In this document: positions 50,671 to 64,000 of the stretch, piece by piece | How the letters are laid out: each line of letters opens with the position of its first letter | How positions within the stretch are numbered: position 1 is the stretch's first letter | Made by a program: the position numbers and the translations under genes | Notes under the pieces: generated by a model | What the model was told of the DNA's origin: nothing | The model's input: only the letters and a program-made list of their open reading frames with translations | Database searches by the model: none | Source of the DNA: Macrostomum lignano | Taxonomy: Eukaryota | DNA length: 64,000 bases | Reading direction: 5' to 3' | Assembly (NCBI GenBank): GCA_002269645.1 | Contig: NIVC01000930.1 | Location: forward strand, 186,001-250,000

Positions 50671-51639
50671 CAGAGCAGCACCGTGGGGCCAGTCAGTGAT
50701 TGCTTTTACAAACGCATTACGCACAATGCTGAGACCATTATGGGCCATTGTTCACAACGCAGCACCCTTGTTGGCAACAATGACTTTTTTAGAGGGCGCT
50801 TTAGTGAAAAGTTTGCGCCGTACTTTCTTTACTTTTTCATTGAAATTCGCTTTAAAGGAAGCAATTTGTTTATGTGGACTACTGGAAACTGCTTCGCATT
50901 GCTTGTGCTCGAATTTATTTGGCCCATTTAAATAAAAAATATTTTGTGACAATTTCCTTTTTTCGCGCTCTTCCCGCGTTCGTGTCTATTTTCTAAGAAT
51001 TAATTTACAGTGTATGTAGAGATGATGGCCGTAGTCATTGTCCGTGTTATTTTTTATTTAATAAACTAATAAACCGTAATTACACAGTTGCCGTTGATAA
51101 AAATGGTCTTATTTATACTTATTTATAAATACGTTAGTAAGTAAATAGCATTGTTGAGCAATGGAGCTGAGCAGTTGTTTTGTGTCAGACAAAAATCAAG
51201 TCGCTGGCCCTCCGGACAGATATTCAACATTTCTGCCAGAAGGTCGAATTTTTTCCACATGCGCTAGAGTATTCAATGCACTTCTTGCGTTCACTGCGCC
51301 TCAGTGCGGCCTTGCCAAGCTTCCAAATTTTTCATCAGCACGTTGACCACGTGTCTGCATCAGCTCTAACTTCATTCGTCACTGGCCTTCACCCAGGCGG
51401 AGCTTTTGGACCTTCAAAAGGTGGCACCAGGTGACTAAGGACACTGTTGCGAATTTCTCTGATGTCGCTGATCAAACCTCGACTGGTATCAAGTCTCAAC
51501 TGATAGGTAATCCTCAAATTATCTCTCAAGCATTCGGGCGTCATCTAGACGCCGTCGCCTCTTGAGGACTCTTGATAATCACTCAACGGAGTCAGGACAT
51601 TGATTTAATAAAATATTCTTTAAGGCTGGACAAAATCTT

Positions 51640-52200
51640 GATGATAAATCAACGGAATCTTAATTACGAGCTATATCTAAACGGAATCTTGATAGTAACT
51701 CAACGGAAACTTTATGATGGCTCAACTAAATCTTAATGATGACTCAACGGAATCTTGATGGTGGCTCAACGGAATCTTAATGATGACTCAACTAAATCTT
51801 AATGATGACTTAACTAAATCTTAATGATGACTCAACTAAATCTTGATGATGGCTCAACGGAATCTTAATGATGACTCAACGGAATCTTGATGATGGCTCA
51901 ACGGAATATTAATGATGACTCACTAAATCTTAATGATGACTCAACGGAATCTTAATGATGACTCAACTAAATCTTGATTATGGCTCAACGGAATCTTAAT
52001 GATGACTCAACGGAATCTTGATGATGGCTCAACGGAATATTAATGATGACTCACTAAATCTTAATGATGACTCAACGGAATCTTAATGATGACTCAACTA
52101 AATCTTAATGATGGCTCAACGGAATCTGATGATGTCTCGATGGAATCTTGATAATGGCTAAAAATAGGCTCGTAGTCCTGATAATGGTTCCACGGAATCT
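51640..52200. repeat. 22-bp satellite array A (GATGACTCAACGGAATCTTAAT family)
   Basis: Direct reading; same family as 53930-55000. Confidence 0.92.
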
Positions 52201-52809
52201 GGACAGTTATAATCTCTCAATTAGTCTCTCAAGCCTTCATTCATCATCCAGACGCCGTCGCCTCCTTCAGCGGGTGACATCAGGGGACGATGAACACCTA
52301 AACGAAAGTTTTTACTGTCACGCGAATCGAAAAGAAAAAAATGCTATTACAATCCACATGTACAGTAGGTACAATAGCAACTATCATTACGTTTGCGCTA
52401 ATTTTCCTTGTTTTTTATTGTTAATACTTCGTCGTGGCTCGTAGTAATAAGATTTTAAGAATAGAAACGTCTGCTTACTCAACTATCAGTGGGTTGGGTG
52501 CCCTTGTACTTTTTTAGTTCGACTTGGGTGCGTCAGCGAGTCTGCTGAGATGCTTTTAACTCCGTATTCTAGATAATTATCCTACCTAATAAGTCTCTGG
52601 GTCGTCACGTTTGTCGTGTCAATCCCTCTACTTTGACTTTGAAATCGCAAAAGTTTTTACGAGTATGAGCCTTAGTTGAAGTCAGCCATTAATGTTTTGT
52701 GTTCTTTGTATAAGTTCGTGGCTAGCCTGATAATTAGTGCTTTCAGAATTGAGGTGCAGTGTCAGTAATCATCAAAATTAAATTTTTTTATTTCGCAGAA
52801 AAATCAATC

Positions 52810-53070
52810 CATTTGAATTCTCATCTCACAAAGAGATATCGATCTATTTAAAATCTCATCTCACAGAGAGATATCGATCTATTTGAACTCTCATCTCACG
52901 GAGACAAGTCGATCTATTTGAAATCTCATCTCACGGAGACAAGTAGATCTATTTGAAATCTCATCTCACGGAGACAAGTAGATCTATTTGAAATCTCATC
53001 CCACAGAGACAAGTCGATCTATTTGAAATTTCATCTCACAGAGACAAGTCGATCTATTTGAAATCTTATC
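52810..53070. repeat. 35-bp tandem repeat (ATCTATTTGAAATCTCATCTCACGGAGACAAGTCG), ~7 copies
   Basis: Period 35 (52921, 52956). Confidence 0.9.
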
Positions 53071-53929
53071 TCTGGAGATTTTAAATAGATCTATCAGCAT
53101 TCCACTTGTCTGGTACTCTGATTGATCTCAACTAGCAATTTAGGCACCGTTTAGGCATGGCTGGAGCTGCGAGTCTGCAATTGCAAAGCAGGGCTGCAAG
53201 CAGAATTTACAAGCTTGGATGCAGTAAAAGCATTTAAATGTTTTTTTCTAGAATTAAAATACATTTTTTCTCAAAAAATACAATTTATTTGTAGAACTAT
53301 CAATTAAACAGATCAATTAATCCTGTCGCTAAATCATCACGACATCATTCTGAGTGCTGCATCCTCATTGAAGCATTACAAATTTATTTTAATGTTGCTT
53401 CTCTCAGTGAGCACAGCACTACACAAAGAGTCGCTGCATGCAGTCAGTTGAGTATTTTTTCTAAATTCATCCGCCTGAGTGGAGTGTTGAGTGCCCACAG
53501 CTGCAAAATCGGACGCACGGAGCTTTGAAGGAATTGAAAGAAAGATGGTTTTGTTGGGATCAGATCCTTGCGTGTGTACAATGATTTTCTTTCTGTTGTG
53601 TGCGATTTCGCAGGGTCCGTGGGCATTGGTTAACTGACTGACTTGACTGATTTTTTACAATCACTTAGAATGCATCAAAGTTACTAAAATGATTATTGAT
53701 TCCCAAAAATCACACAACAGAATATAACTGACTCAGCGAATAAAAGTGACTCAGCGACATCGTGATAAAAACTTTATGATCTTGCTAATTAAACAAATAA
53801 TCTCGAAAATAACCCAAATAATCTTAATGGCTAACATAATCTGATAAGGACTGACATCATCATAATCACATAATCACTGACATAATCACTTAACAGAATC
53901 TTGACATTAATTTGAAAGAATCTTTCTTT

Positions 53930-55000
53930 AAAATGGCAGGACAAAATCTTGATGATGGCTCATCGGAATCCTAAAAGTGACTCAATGGAAACTTGATGAT
54001 GGCTCAACGGAATCTTGATTGATGACTAAATGGAATCTTGATAGTGACTCAAAGGAAACTTGATAGCTCAACATAATCTGATAATGGCTTAACAAAATCT
54101 TGATGATGCCCCAATAGAATCTTGATTGATGACTAAACGGAATCTTGATAGTGACTCAATGGAAATTTAATGATGTCTCGATGGAACTTCGGTGATGACT
54201 CAACAGAATCTTAATTATATCTAAACGGAATCTTGATAGTGACTCAATGGAAACTTGATGATGGCTCATCGGAATCTTAATAGTGACTCAATGGAAACTT
54301 GATGATGGCTCATCGGAGTCTTAATAGTGACTCAATGGAAACTTGATGATGGCTCAACAGAAACTTGATGATGGCTCATCGGAATCTTAATAGTGACTCA
54401 ATGGAAACTTGATGATGGCTCATCGGAATCTTAATAGTGACTCAATGGAAACTTGATGATGGCTCAACAGAAACTTGATGATGGCTCATCGGAATCTTAA
54501 TAGTGACTCAATGGAAACTTGATGATGGCTCATCGGAATCTTAATAGTGACTCAATGGAAACTTGATGATGGCTCAACAGAAACTTGATGATGGCTCATC
54601 GGAATCTTAATAGTGACTCAATGGAAACTTGATGATGGCTCAACAGAAACTTGATGATGGCTCATCGGAATCTTAATAGTGACTCAACAGAAACTTGATG
54701 ATGGCTCAATGGAATCTGGATTGATGACTAAACGGAATCTTGATAGTGACTCAAAAGAAACTTGATGGCTCAACATAATCTGATAATGGCTCAACAGAAT
54801 CTTGATGATGTCCCAATAGAATCTTGATTGATGACTAAACGGGACTTGATGTCTCGATGGAACTTCAGTGATGACTCAACAGAATCTTAATTATATCCAA
54901 ACGATCTTGATAGTGACTCAACGGAAACTTGATGATGGCTCAACGGAATCTTGATGATGTCTCAATCGAAACTTGATGATGGCTCAACGGAATCTCGACA
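53930..55000. repeat. 21-22-bp satellite array B, same family as array A, with a ~43-bp dimeric higher-order unit
   Basis: Direct reading. Confidence 0.92.
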
Positions 55001-58000
55001 GTTATAATCGAATCTTACTTATAACCTTGATAATTAATATTGATGTTCGCTCATGTATATACTCACTTCACTATAACTATGCTTGTGTATCATTGTTTTT
55101 TTTATTAACGTCAAAAATACATGTAAATCAGATAGGTCCATACATTGAGGCAAACGCTTTTATAAACCATTCAGGTAAGAATTAAGCCATCTAAAAAAGT
55201 AAAAAAGTGTAAAAAGCCCCCGATTTCCATCAATCGAAACCAACTCATTGTAGCATAGAGGAAGTAATGAATTAATCAACTTCATCGAAATTCACTGAGA
55301 GTATTATTAGCCACTTAACTGTGTCCCAAGGTTCTAAAGTCCTCCACTTCCACTAGAAGAAGTTGCCTCATCCTTTAGCATCCGCTTCTGGCTCTCTAGA
55401 GAAAAAAATGAATGACTGACTCTGTCAGGGGAAACAATGCGCTATTCCTATTGCCGCCATCGAGTGGGGGGGGGGGACTTCCTAACACAAAGGCTGTACT
55501 CACTCAAGCCCCTCCAGCAGATGCGCCCCACTCAAAGCATCCTGTTTGCCGACTAAATTTGAAAGAGAGCTGTCCATTTTGTCATTGTTTTCTACCTTCC
55601 TGTTGGACCTCTACTCGTATGAAAGGGGGGGGCAATTCATGTTTTATAGTAGCCATGCTTTTCTTAGAATATCGGCCTAAAATAAATAGCCCTTTCTTAG
55701 AATCTTTTCATTCAAGTAGATGAACGACTTCTAAAAAAATTGCTCTGGATTTTTTAACAGCTTTTTTACAATATTAGCCTATAGATACCTGAAGTTCTTC
55801 CTTACAATTTAATTTATCGCGAATTATGTAGGATCAGATTCAATGCTTAATCTTCCCCTATAACTAACTTTTTGTAACTGGAGTCGGTTTTTTTTCTGGA
55901 GACCATTCAACCTGACTGGGAATATTGCCCTAAAAGCTCGTAATTAACTGCTTCTTTCTTGGAATCTCGATCTAGAAAATTCATATTTCTGAGAAACTTC
56001 TCCTAGATATAGCATTTCTTAGAATCTTGCCTTTTGTCCATTTGTCGTTTTATAGAAATCTTATTTTTTATGATATCACGAGCCAGAGATTTGATTCTTA
56101 CCAAGATTATCTGTCATACGAGATCGAACCAGTGAACCTTATTCAACTCGCAAGGGATATTCTTGACAATTTCTCTTGAAGCATAACTTATTGACAAAAC
56201 CCCAGAGTGTATGAAAAAAGCACAGAAAATCCCCAAGCTAGGGGGCCTAACACTTGGCAGCCGTGCACCAAGTCATCAAAGAATTTATTTTCGCAAGAGC
56301 GGCCGACAGCAGAGCACAGCAAGGAAATGAGCAGATGGAGCTATCTGTGCATCTATCATGACAGGAAGTCTATCCCTGAATATCTATTTGGGAAGCAGCT
56401 AATCCCAAATCCCTAATGTAGGTGGGATTTCCAATCCCGGCCCCCTAATTCCTGTTGCTGATTGAGAATGAGGTTTCGAGGCGAAAGATGTGGAGAAGGG
56501 TCGAGGAGAGAGCTAGCTGAGATCCCATCTGTTTTTCATTTTCCCCGTGATCTTAAATGAACTTCTTTCTTCCTTTTCTACAGCGATCGGGTCCCAATAC
56601 TTGCTAAGCGTGTGTGTGTGAACAGATCTAACCGTTTGTAAATAATAAACACTTTTCTATCAAACTTAAGACGCTTGATTCAAAATATTATTGTCGGTTG
56701 ATAAACCTTTTTGAGTCGATTTTTCGAAAATAATTTATTGAACAGGAACTCATGATTATATTGACTTTTAAACTTTCAAACCGTCAAATTCCGGGTGCCA
56801 CCTTGAGTATACAGCACAGGGGTGTGACACTCAGTGTGACACAGAGTTCGCTGTTATACGTCTTACACTATAAGCTGCGCTGCTCTGGGAAACGCTGGGA
56901 GAATTTAGATTAGGCATGCAGTGACTTCATCTCAACCGATTCTGTATTGTTTTTTATTTCTACTTTTTACCTCTTCTGTCTCTATTACTTACAGATGTAA
57001 TGCAATTTAAGAATAGCTTAGTTATAAGTAAATAGCATCAAATCCAAATCCATATCTGCAGAATCGATCGATCTTATCAATGAAAGCAGTCTAAAACCTA
57101 GAGCCAGCTGTAGAGACCCATGCTGTGCTTTGTTTTAATCTAATTTTTCTGCACCAATTCTGACGCACAGGGCGCGCCGGTAGTGCAGTGCTTTTCAAAC
57201 AAATCAAGTTGATCAGTGGCGCGTACTAAACTTAGTCACTACTGATCATACTCGCCAAAATTAAATATCTATATCTGTGTATGAAATTGAACCGGAAAGA
57301 TACCGCATGATTCCTATGATTTGAAAGTCACCGTTGGTATTGTACGCTTACTTTACGACTTATCTAAAAAGGTTTGTTATAACTAGAAAAGCGTATTTTC
57401 TAGAAAAGAAATTGTAAACACTAAAGAAAAGAATTAATTCTAAACGATGCTTCTGTTTCTTTATTAACAATAACAAAGAGTATGAGTCAATAGCCGAGCC
57501 AATAATAGCATAGCAAAAATATATAGTAGGCAATAAGTTAACTTTTAATTTCCGGAACAGTCGAATCTGTATCTTTTGTAGTATTCGTTTTATAAGATAT
57601 TGACTCAATCGATTAGTAATAAGCTAAAGTAAAAAAAATCTTTCATTAACTAAATGACTTAAAACAACAAAAATACTTTTAAGAGTCTACTAGACTTGTT
57701 TGCACAAACCTTCACAACGGCTATGCATTTAAAAAGTCTATTGAAAATTTAATTTATTCAAGTAAGCAGCGCCATTTTTTTCCTGGACAACAAAGTTACA
57801 AAAAAGGTTCGGAAACTAACCATGGCTTGTAATGGACTGTACTTTTATTCAGAAGTGTTTTAAATATGCTCGTACAAAAAATTCAACTATACAACAAAAG
57901 CGACAGAAAATGCATGAATCCGTTTAAGCATGAAATTTCGATTGATTTACAGTCGCAAATTGTTTAATTAAAATGATCGCACTTTTTAGCAAGATGTTTG

Positions 58001-58145
58001 CGTAAGAAAAGTACATAAAAAATATCCAAGGTATTAAGCATCAATTTCAATAGATATCTTAATTATCTATCTCAAACAGTCTGACGCACCTTAGGGTCCT
58101 TCAACGCGAGTAAATAATTTACTGACATTCAGGCGGCTCGGGTGG

Positions 58146-58301
58146 CTATACAAAAGAAGAACTGAACAAATTTATAGTTTTTGAATGCTGCTGTTGACGC
58201 TGCGATGGAGTCTGCTGCTGCTTCTTGCACAACTGCCGGGTCTCGCGGCGGTCAACTTGCAGACTGCCGCATCTTCGCCAGTTTGGCGTTGATGCTGTCG
58301 A

Positions 58302-58344
<43 letters not shown>

Positions 58345-61145
58345 AACAGTTGGTAGCTGTGCCTGTCTGAGAGAGTTTCCATCGCCTGATAGTCCTCTAG
58401 AAGATGAGAATCCGACTCGGCAGGGCATCGCTGCTGCTGCTGCTGCCAGATTTCTGTAGGGTAGCTGCAGTCCTCGCTGGCCGGAATTCGGCAGTCTGCG
58501 GATCGGTCGAGGAGGCGCGGAGTCCACTTGTGGCCTTTTGCTGGATGTTTAGTTGGGGCGGTACATGTGGAAAGGAGTTCAGAAAGTACTTGGCAGACTG
58601 AGGTTCTCAGCGTTCAGCTAGAGATGCCAGATAATGTAGCGAAAGACTCCTTGAAAGACACCCTACAAAAAGACAAAGGACACTCACACATGTTGGCTTC
58701 TCCGCTACCAACTGACGGCCTCATGGTTTTGACTTGATGCGGAGTGCCATGCGGCATCTGCTGGCCTGAGTAGTGCTCCATCACCGCTGACTGAGGCATC
58801 GGCAGTGTGGCGAATCTCTGCAAATGAGTCAGTGTTTGTGTCAGATCTATCGATCGGTCGTCAATCTATCGATTTTGGCCCTGATTTTTTCCCGGCAAGT
58901 TTCAAATGTTGCAGCAACATTCGTTAACAATTGGCTATTTCTTTACCCTGGGTGTCAATCTAAATGGGAGAAATTTGAGAAGCATATTTTGCTATGGCTG
59001 AGTTCCATTTGCGTGAGAGCCGGGGCAGCTGTGCATTTTCAACTGTGTATTGGCGAAATTGGATACCGCATGCAGGACAGTGAAGTGATGCGCACAAAGG
59101 TCTTGAATCAAGGCTTTATTTAAGCACAATTTAATTCAAACATTCTGTTTTATAATTTTGTAAGGAATACAATATTATTGCAGCCATATTCAACACTTTG
59201 CCTGGCTTTGCAACCTCAATTTTTTTATGAGTGCACTTCCAAGCACGTGTGTTTATCTCTTGATGTTTGACTAGTTTAAATATTTACTGATGGAATTGCG
59301 ATTTTATCCGTTGACAAAACAGACTTTTGTGACACTTTTGCCAGAGTAAGAGAGGAAAAAGTCAGACAAGGAGAAGTTCAAAGGGAGAGAGTCAGAAAAG
59401 AAGAGAGTCACGAGAGAGCATGGAGAGAGTCAGACGGAGTTAGTCAAAGAGGAAGAGAGTCAGACAAGAAGAGAGTCAGACAGGAAGAGAGTTGGACAGG
59501 GAGATAGACAGGGAGAGTCAGACAGGAAGAGAGTCAGACAAGAAGATAGTCAGACAGGAAGAGAGTCAGACAGGAAGAGAGTCAGACAGGAAGAGAGTCA
59601 GACAAGAAGAGAGTCAGACAGGAAGAGAGTCAGACAGGAAGAGAGTCAGACAAGAAGAGAGTCAGACAGGAAGAGAGTCAGACAGGAAGAGAGTCAGACA
59701 GGAAGAGAGTCAGACAAGAAGAGAGTCAGACAGGAAGAGAGTCAGACAGGAAGAGAGTCAGACAAGAAGAGAGTCAGACAAGAAGAGAGTCAGACAGGGA
59801 GAGAGTCAGACAGGAAGAGAGTCAGACAAAAAGAGAGTCAGACAGGGAGAGAGTCAGACAAAGAGAGTCAGACAGGGAGAGAGTCAGAGAGGAAGGTAGA
59901 GAGCCAGCAGGGACAGTGATGAGGATCTAAAATCAACATAACAAAGGGGTTTGAGTGGGAAAGTAGGCACATGACTTGCAACACAATAGCATCAATTCGG
60001 GTAAGTGTCTTTGATGTCATGTTTGAATACACGAAACTTGCCCGTAAAACAACTCAAGACCACACACCAAAGAAACGCACGCACTGACACAACCGTCAAG
60101 TAGCATTTTAACGGGACGGATCTGTGTTTGCTCAGTTTGCATTTCTGTTCTTCATACTCTCGTCCCACCCGTGGGAATTGAGAAATTGTTGCTCCCCTCA
60201 AAAGACGGATCGAGAGCGCTGGTGGCTGACTGCATGGCTCTTTGCTCGCGGGTGAAATTCTGAGAGGCTTTCTCAAGTGGGATCTTCTGCTTCTTTTGTG
60301 GGGAGGAGGGTTAAAAATGCCCGCCATGCGCAGGCTCCGGGGAGAAGGGGGTCATCCATCAGTGGCTCAATGCCGTTCTTAATTCTCCCCGCTTAATCCC
60401 GGCGTTTCATATTTGTTTCAGAGGCTGCAGGGCTGGGATTTTTTATCGGTCTATGAGTAATCGGTGCTGGACGACTCTGAACTTATAGTTTAAGCATTCC
60501 AGACTCCATGGATTTATGTGTAACATCATGCCAGCTCTGGTAGGGGTGGAAGAGCCAACTTCTAAAAGAAGACATTATATTCTAAAAGAAAATATTGCCA
60601 GATGCACAGATTAAAAAGTTCAAGATTTAGGTTTGATCGCTAGAGCAATCTTTTAGGAATAAAGCAATAACATGATCCAGATAAACAGATAATGTGTGGG
60701 ATAGGAGTGCCTTAATGTCATCATCTAGAGTCTTAAAATGGTACACCTCAGACTCAAAATGACACACACAAACACACACACCTCAGACTCAAAATGACAC
60801 ACACACACACACACACACACCTCAGACTCAAAATGACACACACACACACACACACCTCAGACTCAAAATGACACACACACACCTCAGACTCAAAATGACA
60901 CACACACACCTCAGACTCAAAATGACACACACAAACACACACCTCAGACTCAAAATGACACACACACACACCTCAGACTCAAAATGACACACACAAACAC
61001 ACACCTCAGACTCAAAATGACACACACACACCTCAGACTCAAAATGACACACACAAACACACACCTCAGACTCAAAATGACACACACACACACACACACC
61101 TCAGACTCAAAATGACACACACACACACACACCTCAGACTCAAAA

Positions 61146-61199
<54 letters not shown>

Positions 61200-61428
61200 C
61201 AAACTCAAAATGACACACACACACACACCTCAGACTCAAAAGGACACACACACACCTCAGACTCAAAATGACACACACATACACACACCTCAGACTCAAA
61301 ATGTCACACACACACACCTCAGACTCAAAATGACACACACACACACACACACCTCAGACTCAAAATGTCACACACACACACACCTCAGACTCAAAATGAC
61401 ACACAAACACACACCTCAGACTCAAAAT

Positions 61429-61461
<33 letters not shown>

Positions 61462-61631
61462 CAGACTCAAAATGTCACACACACACACCTCAGACTCAAA
61501 ATGACACACACACACACACACACACCTCAGACTCAAAATGTCACACACACACACACACCTCAGACTCAAAATGACACACACACACACACCTCAGACTCAA
61601 AATGACACACACACACACCTCAGACTCAAAA

Positions 61632-61681
<50 letters not shown>

Positions 61682-62438
61682 ACACCTCCAAATGACACGC
61701 ACCTCAAACGCATTAGGAATCCGGCAGGGCTGGTTGCTTTGCAAATCGTCTCACCTTCAAGCTCATGCCAGACTGCCCGTCAATGCTGTCAGATCTGTTT
61801 TTAGCAGCAGTTGCCATGGACTGTGTGTGCCGCTGGCCTCTCTGCTGTTGCTGTTGCTGCTGCTGCTGCTGTTGAGAAGATCTTCTCATCCTCAACCACA
61901 ACAGCCCGACCAGAAACACCACAGCCAGAAGAGCCCCCAGCAAAGCCAGACAGACAATTAGAATTAAGCTTTTCTGGTACTGCTGCTGCTGCTGCTGCTG
62001 GTTGAACCGCCTGTCACTGTCCGAACGACCTCCACCGGCGAGGTCGAAGCGGCCTTGACCTGCCAGTTCGCTGCCGGAGTCGGTCGGCAGAGCCGGCAGC
62101 TGCCGTACGGCCACAGTGAGAACGGCGGCCGACCTCAGCTGAGGCGAGCCGTGATCGGCAGCCTCGATGATCAGCGGGTAGCGGCCGCAGTTGGCTATGC
62201 TCAACTGCCTGGCCAGGGTGAGCTGTCCCGTGTCCGGGTGCAGGCTGAACAGACCGGCACTGTTGCCGCCCAGAAGGCGGAACTGGACCCTTGAATTGGA
62301 CGTCTCCTCGTCTGCGTCCTTAGCCTGAAGGTCGGCCACTGGCGCCCCGGCAGCGTTGAAACAGGAGGTGTCCACGATGGTGGTGTTGTCGGAATTTGGG
62401 TAGATGAATCTTGGCGGATTGTCGTTCAGGTCAGTCAC
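58146..62438 (-). CDS. Protocadherin, 3' part; exons 62438-61755, 58817-58688, 58540-58146; upstream exons not identified
   Basis: VTDLNDNPPRF and last cadherin repeat (AKDADE ... F.L ... TGQL ... AADHGSPQL), TM helix LILIVCLALLGALLAVVFLVGLLWL, poly-Gln cytoplasmic tail ending SSSFV*. Splice sites are phase-consistent; the last two exons are less certain. Confidence 0.82.
59370..59895. repeat. 16-bp purine-rich minisatellite (GAGTCAGACAGGAAGA), protocadherin intron
   Basis: Period 16 (59581, 59597). Confidence 0.96.
60742..61700. repeat. Compound repeat: CCTCAGACTCAAAATGA plus variable (CA)n, protocadherin intron
   Basis: Direct reading. Confidence 0.96.
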
Positions 62439-62569
62439 CTGCGGTTGTTGTTGCAAGTGTCCTCGATTAGTGATTGAATCTCTTAGAAAGCATCGGCACT
62501 CTCAGAATTCAAAGTGCGGTTGCTAAGGGTTCTAAAAATGGTGCGTAAGACGCAGAGGCATCCTAGGAT

Positions 62570-63185
62570 ACAAAATGGCATCGGATGTTTCAAAATGGCA
62601 CACTACGATTCAAAATGGCGTTCCATGATTCAAAATGACACTCAGTGGTTCGAAATGGCATTCCATGATTCAAAATGGCACCTGATGATTCAAAATGGCA
62701 CCCAGTGATTCAAAATGACACCCAGTGATTCAAAATGACACCCAGTGATTCAAAATGGCATTTCATGATTCAAAACGACACTCAGTGGTTCAAAATGACA
62801 CCCAGTGATTCAAAATGGCACCCAGTGATTCAAAATGGCACCTAGTGATTCAAAATGACACCCAGTGATTCAAAATGGTACTCCATGATTCAAAATGGCA
62901 TTCCATGATTCAAAACGACACTCAGTGGTTCAAAATGACACCCAGTGATTCAAAATGGCACCCAGTGATTCAAAATGGCACCCAGTGATTCATAATGACA
63001 CCCAGTGATTCAAAATGGTACTCCATGATTCAAAATGGCATTCCATGATTCAAAACGACACTCAGTGGTTCAAAATGACACCCAGTGATTCAAAATGGCA
63101 CCCAGTGATTCAAAATGGCACCCAGTGATTCAAAATGACACCCAGTGATTCAAAATGGCATGTCATGATATTCAAAATGACACTC
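62570..63185. repeat. 18-bp minisatellite (GATTCAAAATGRCACCCAGT-type), intron upstream of the cadherin exon
   Basis: Direct reading. Confidence 0.95.
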
Positions 63186-63879
63186 CAAGATACAAATTCG
63201 CATCCATGGGATAACAAAGTGGCACCACCTGAATATTTAGTAACAACTCTGAATAAAATCTTTCTTTCAGAAACTCTTAAAAGTTCAAACATCCACTATG
63301 GCCACAGCCGCTACCCTACACCAGCTCTCGAATATTGGCTGGGTGTCCACTTGCATGCACCGAGCACACGCACAAAAAAAGTTTTCATTCCCTCATCGTC
63401 CACCCAGACTCCCTCCGTCTCCCCGGCATCACTCGTATTAACTCTGGAGATACCGCAGACTCAGAACGGCTTGCTGCGCTCTCGCAGAAATTTTATCAAT
63501 TTTGCCAAGGCGTCTGCCTTCAGACTTGCTGTGAGAATCCTCACTTGCAGAGAGAACATATGAAGGCATGAATTAAGTGGCAACCGCACATGCTTGGAAT
63601 AGATTAACTGTCCCCGGGCTGACAGCTTTTTGCTTCTTCTAGGAGAGACAGGATTCGGCGGAAAAATTACAATTTTGCCGCCTCTCTGAGCCGGTTAACT
63701 CCGGGGTCAAGAGCGACAGTTGAGGACAGCTCGGTTATCTGCTTGGTGACACAAATTGACAGAAATTATCGACTGAGCTTTCCTGGGCCGGAGTATTTTT
63801 TGGAATTGTTGGTTTAAGAGTGAGGCGAGTTTGGTGAAGCACCTTCGAGGAAGCTGAAGGATTTGAAGAGTGATAATCA

Positions 63880-64000
63880 GTGAGACTGAAGAGTCTGAAG
63901 GATCAGGGAGATGGTAACTAAGCCTGAAGGATCAGAAGGATCAGGGAGGGGATGGCAACTAAGCCTGAAGGATCAGGGAGGGGTTGGCAACTAAGCCTGA
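63880..64000. repeat. Start of a ~30-bp tandem repeat (AACTAAGCCTGAAGGATCAGGGAGGGATGGC), cut by the window end
   Basis: Three partial copies. Confidence 0.7.

Noticed and set aside
58252-58527. Poly-Ala frame as the protocadherin C-terminus
   Set aside because: Needs the weaker AT|GTGTGA donor; the canonical GTGAGT donor gives the poly-Gln/SSFV frame.
59492-61804. RS-like and His/Thr- or Cys/Val-rich ORFs
   Set aside because: Translations of the 16-bp and (CA)n arrays inside an intron.
63110-63860. Upstream protocadherin exon or LINE ORF
   Set aside because: No cadherin motifs (DxD, LDRE, DxNDN) or clear RT motifs found by eye; left unassigned.

Overview
Eukaryotic (animal) genomic DNA. 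GC-rich coding exons with poly-Ala/Gln tracts, AT-rich intergenic DNA and dense minisatellites suggest a flatworm such as Macrostomum (inference only). Eight protein-coding genes can be reconstructed with phase-consistent GT-AG splice sites: ICA69/ICA1 (5' part), a divergent A/B-type cyclin, RING1/RNF2, a small Tim (Tim8-like), Pygopus, RBX1, mitoferrin and a protocadherin (3' part). Two things stand out. (1) Almost every larger intron and most immediate 3' flanks carry their own private minisatellite. (2) A young Penelope-like retroelement (25179-27983) has a 12-bp target duplication, ~810-bp inverted arms, a doubly inverted internal structure and a minimal hammerhead ribozyme at each end; it sits between RBX1 and Pygopus. 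Intergenic DNA also holds a Merlin deletion derivative, nested MITEs, and mariner, hAT and LINE relics. No CRISPR array, rRNA or tRNA was recognised. All alignments were done by eye; no database searches were run.
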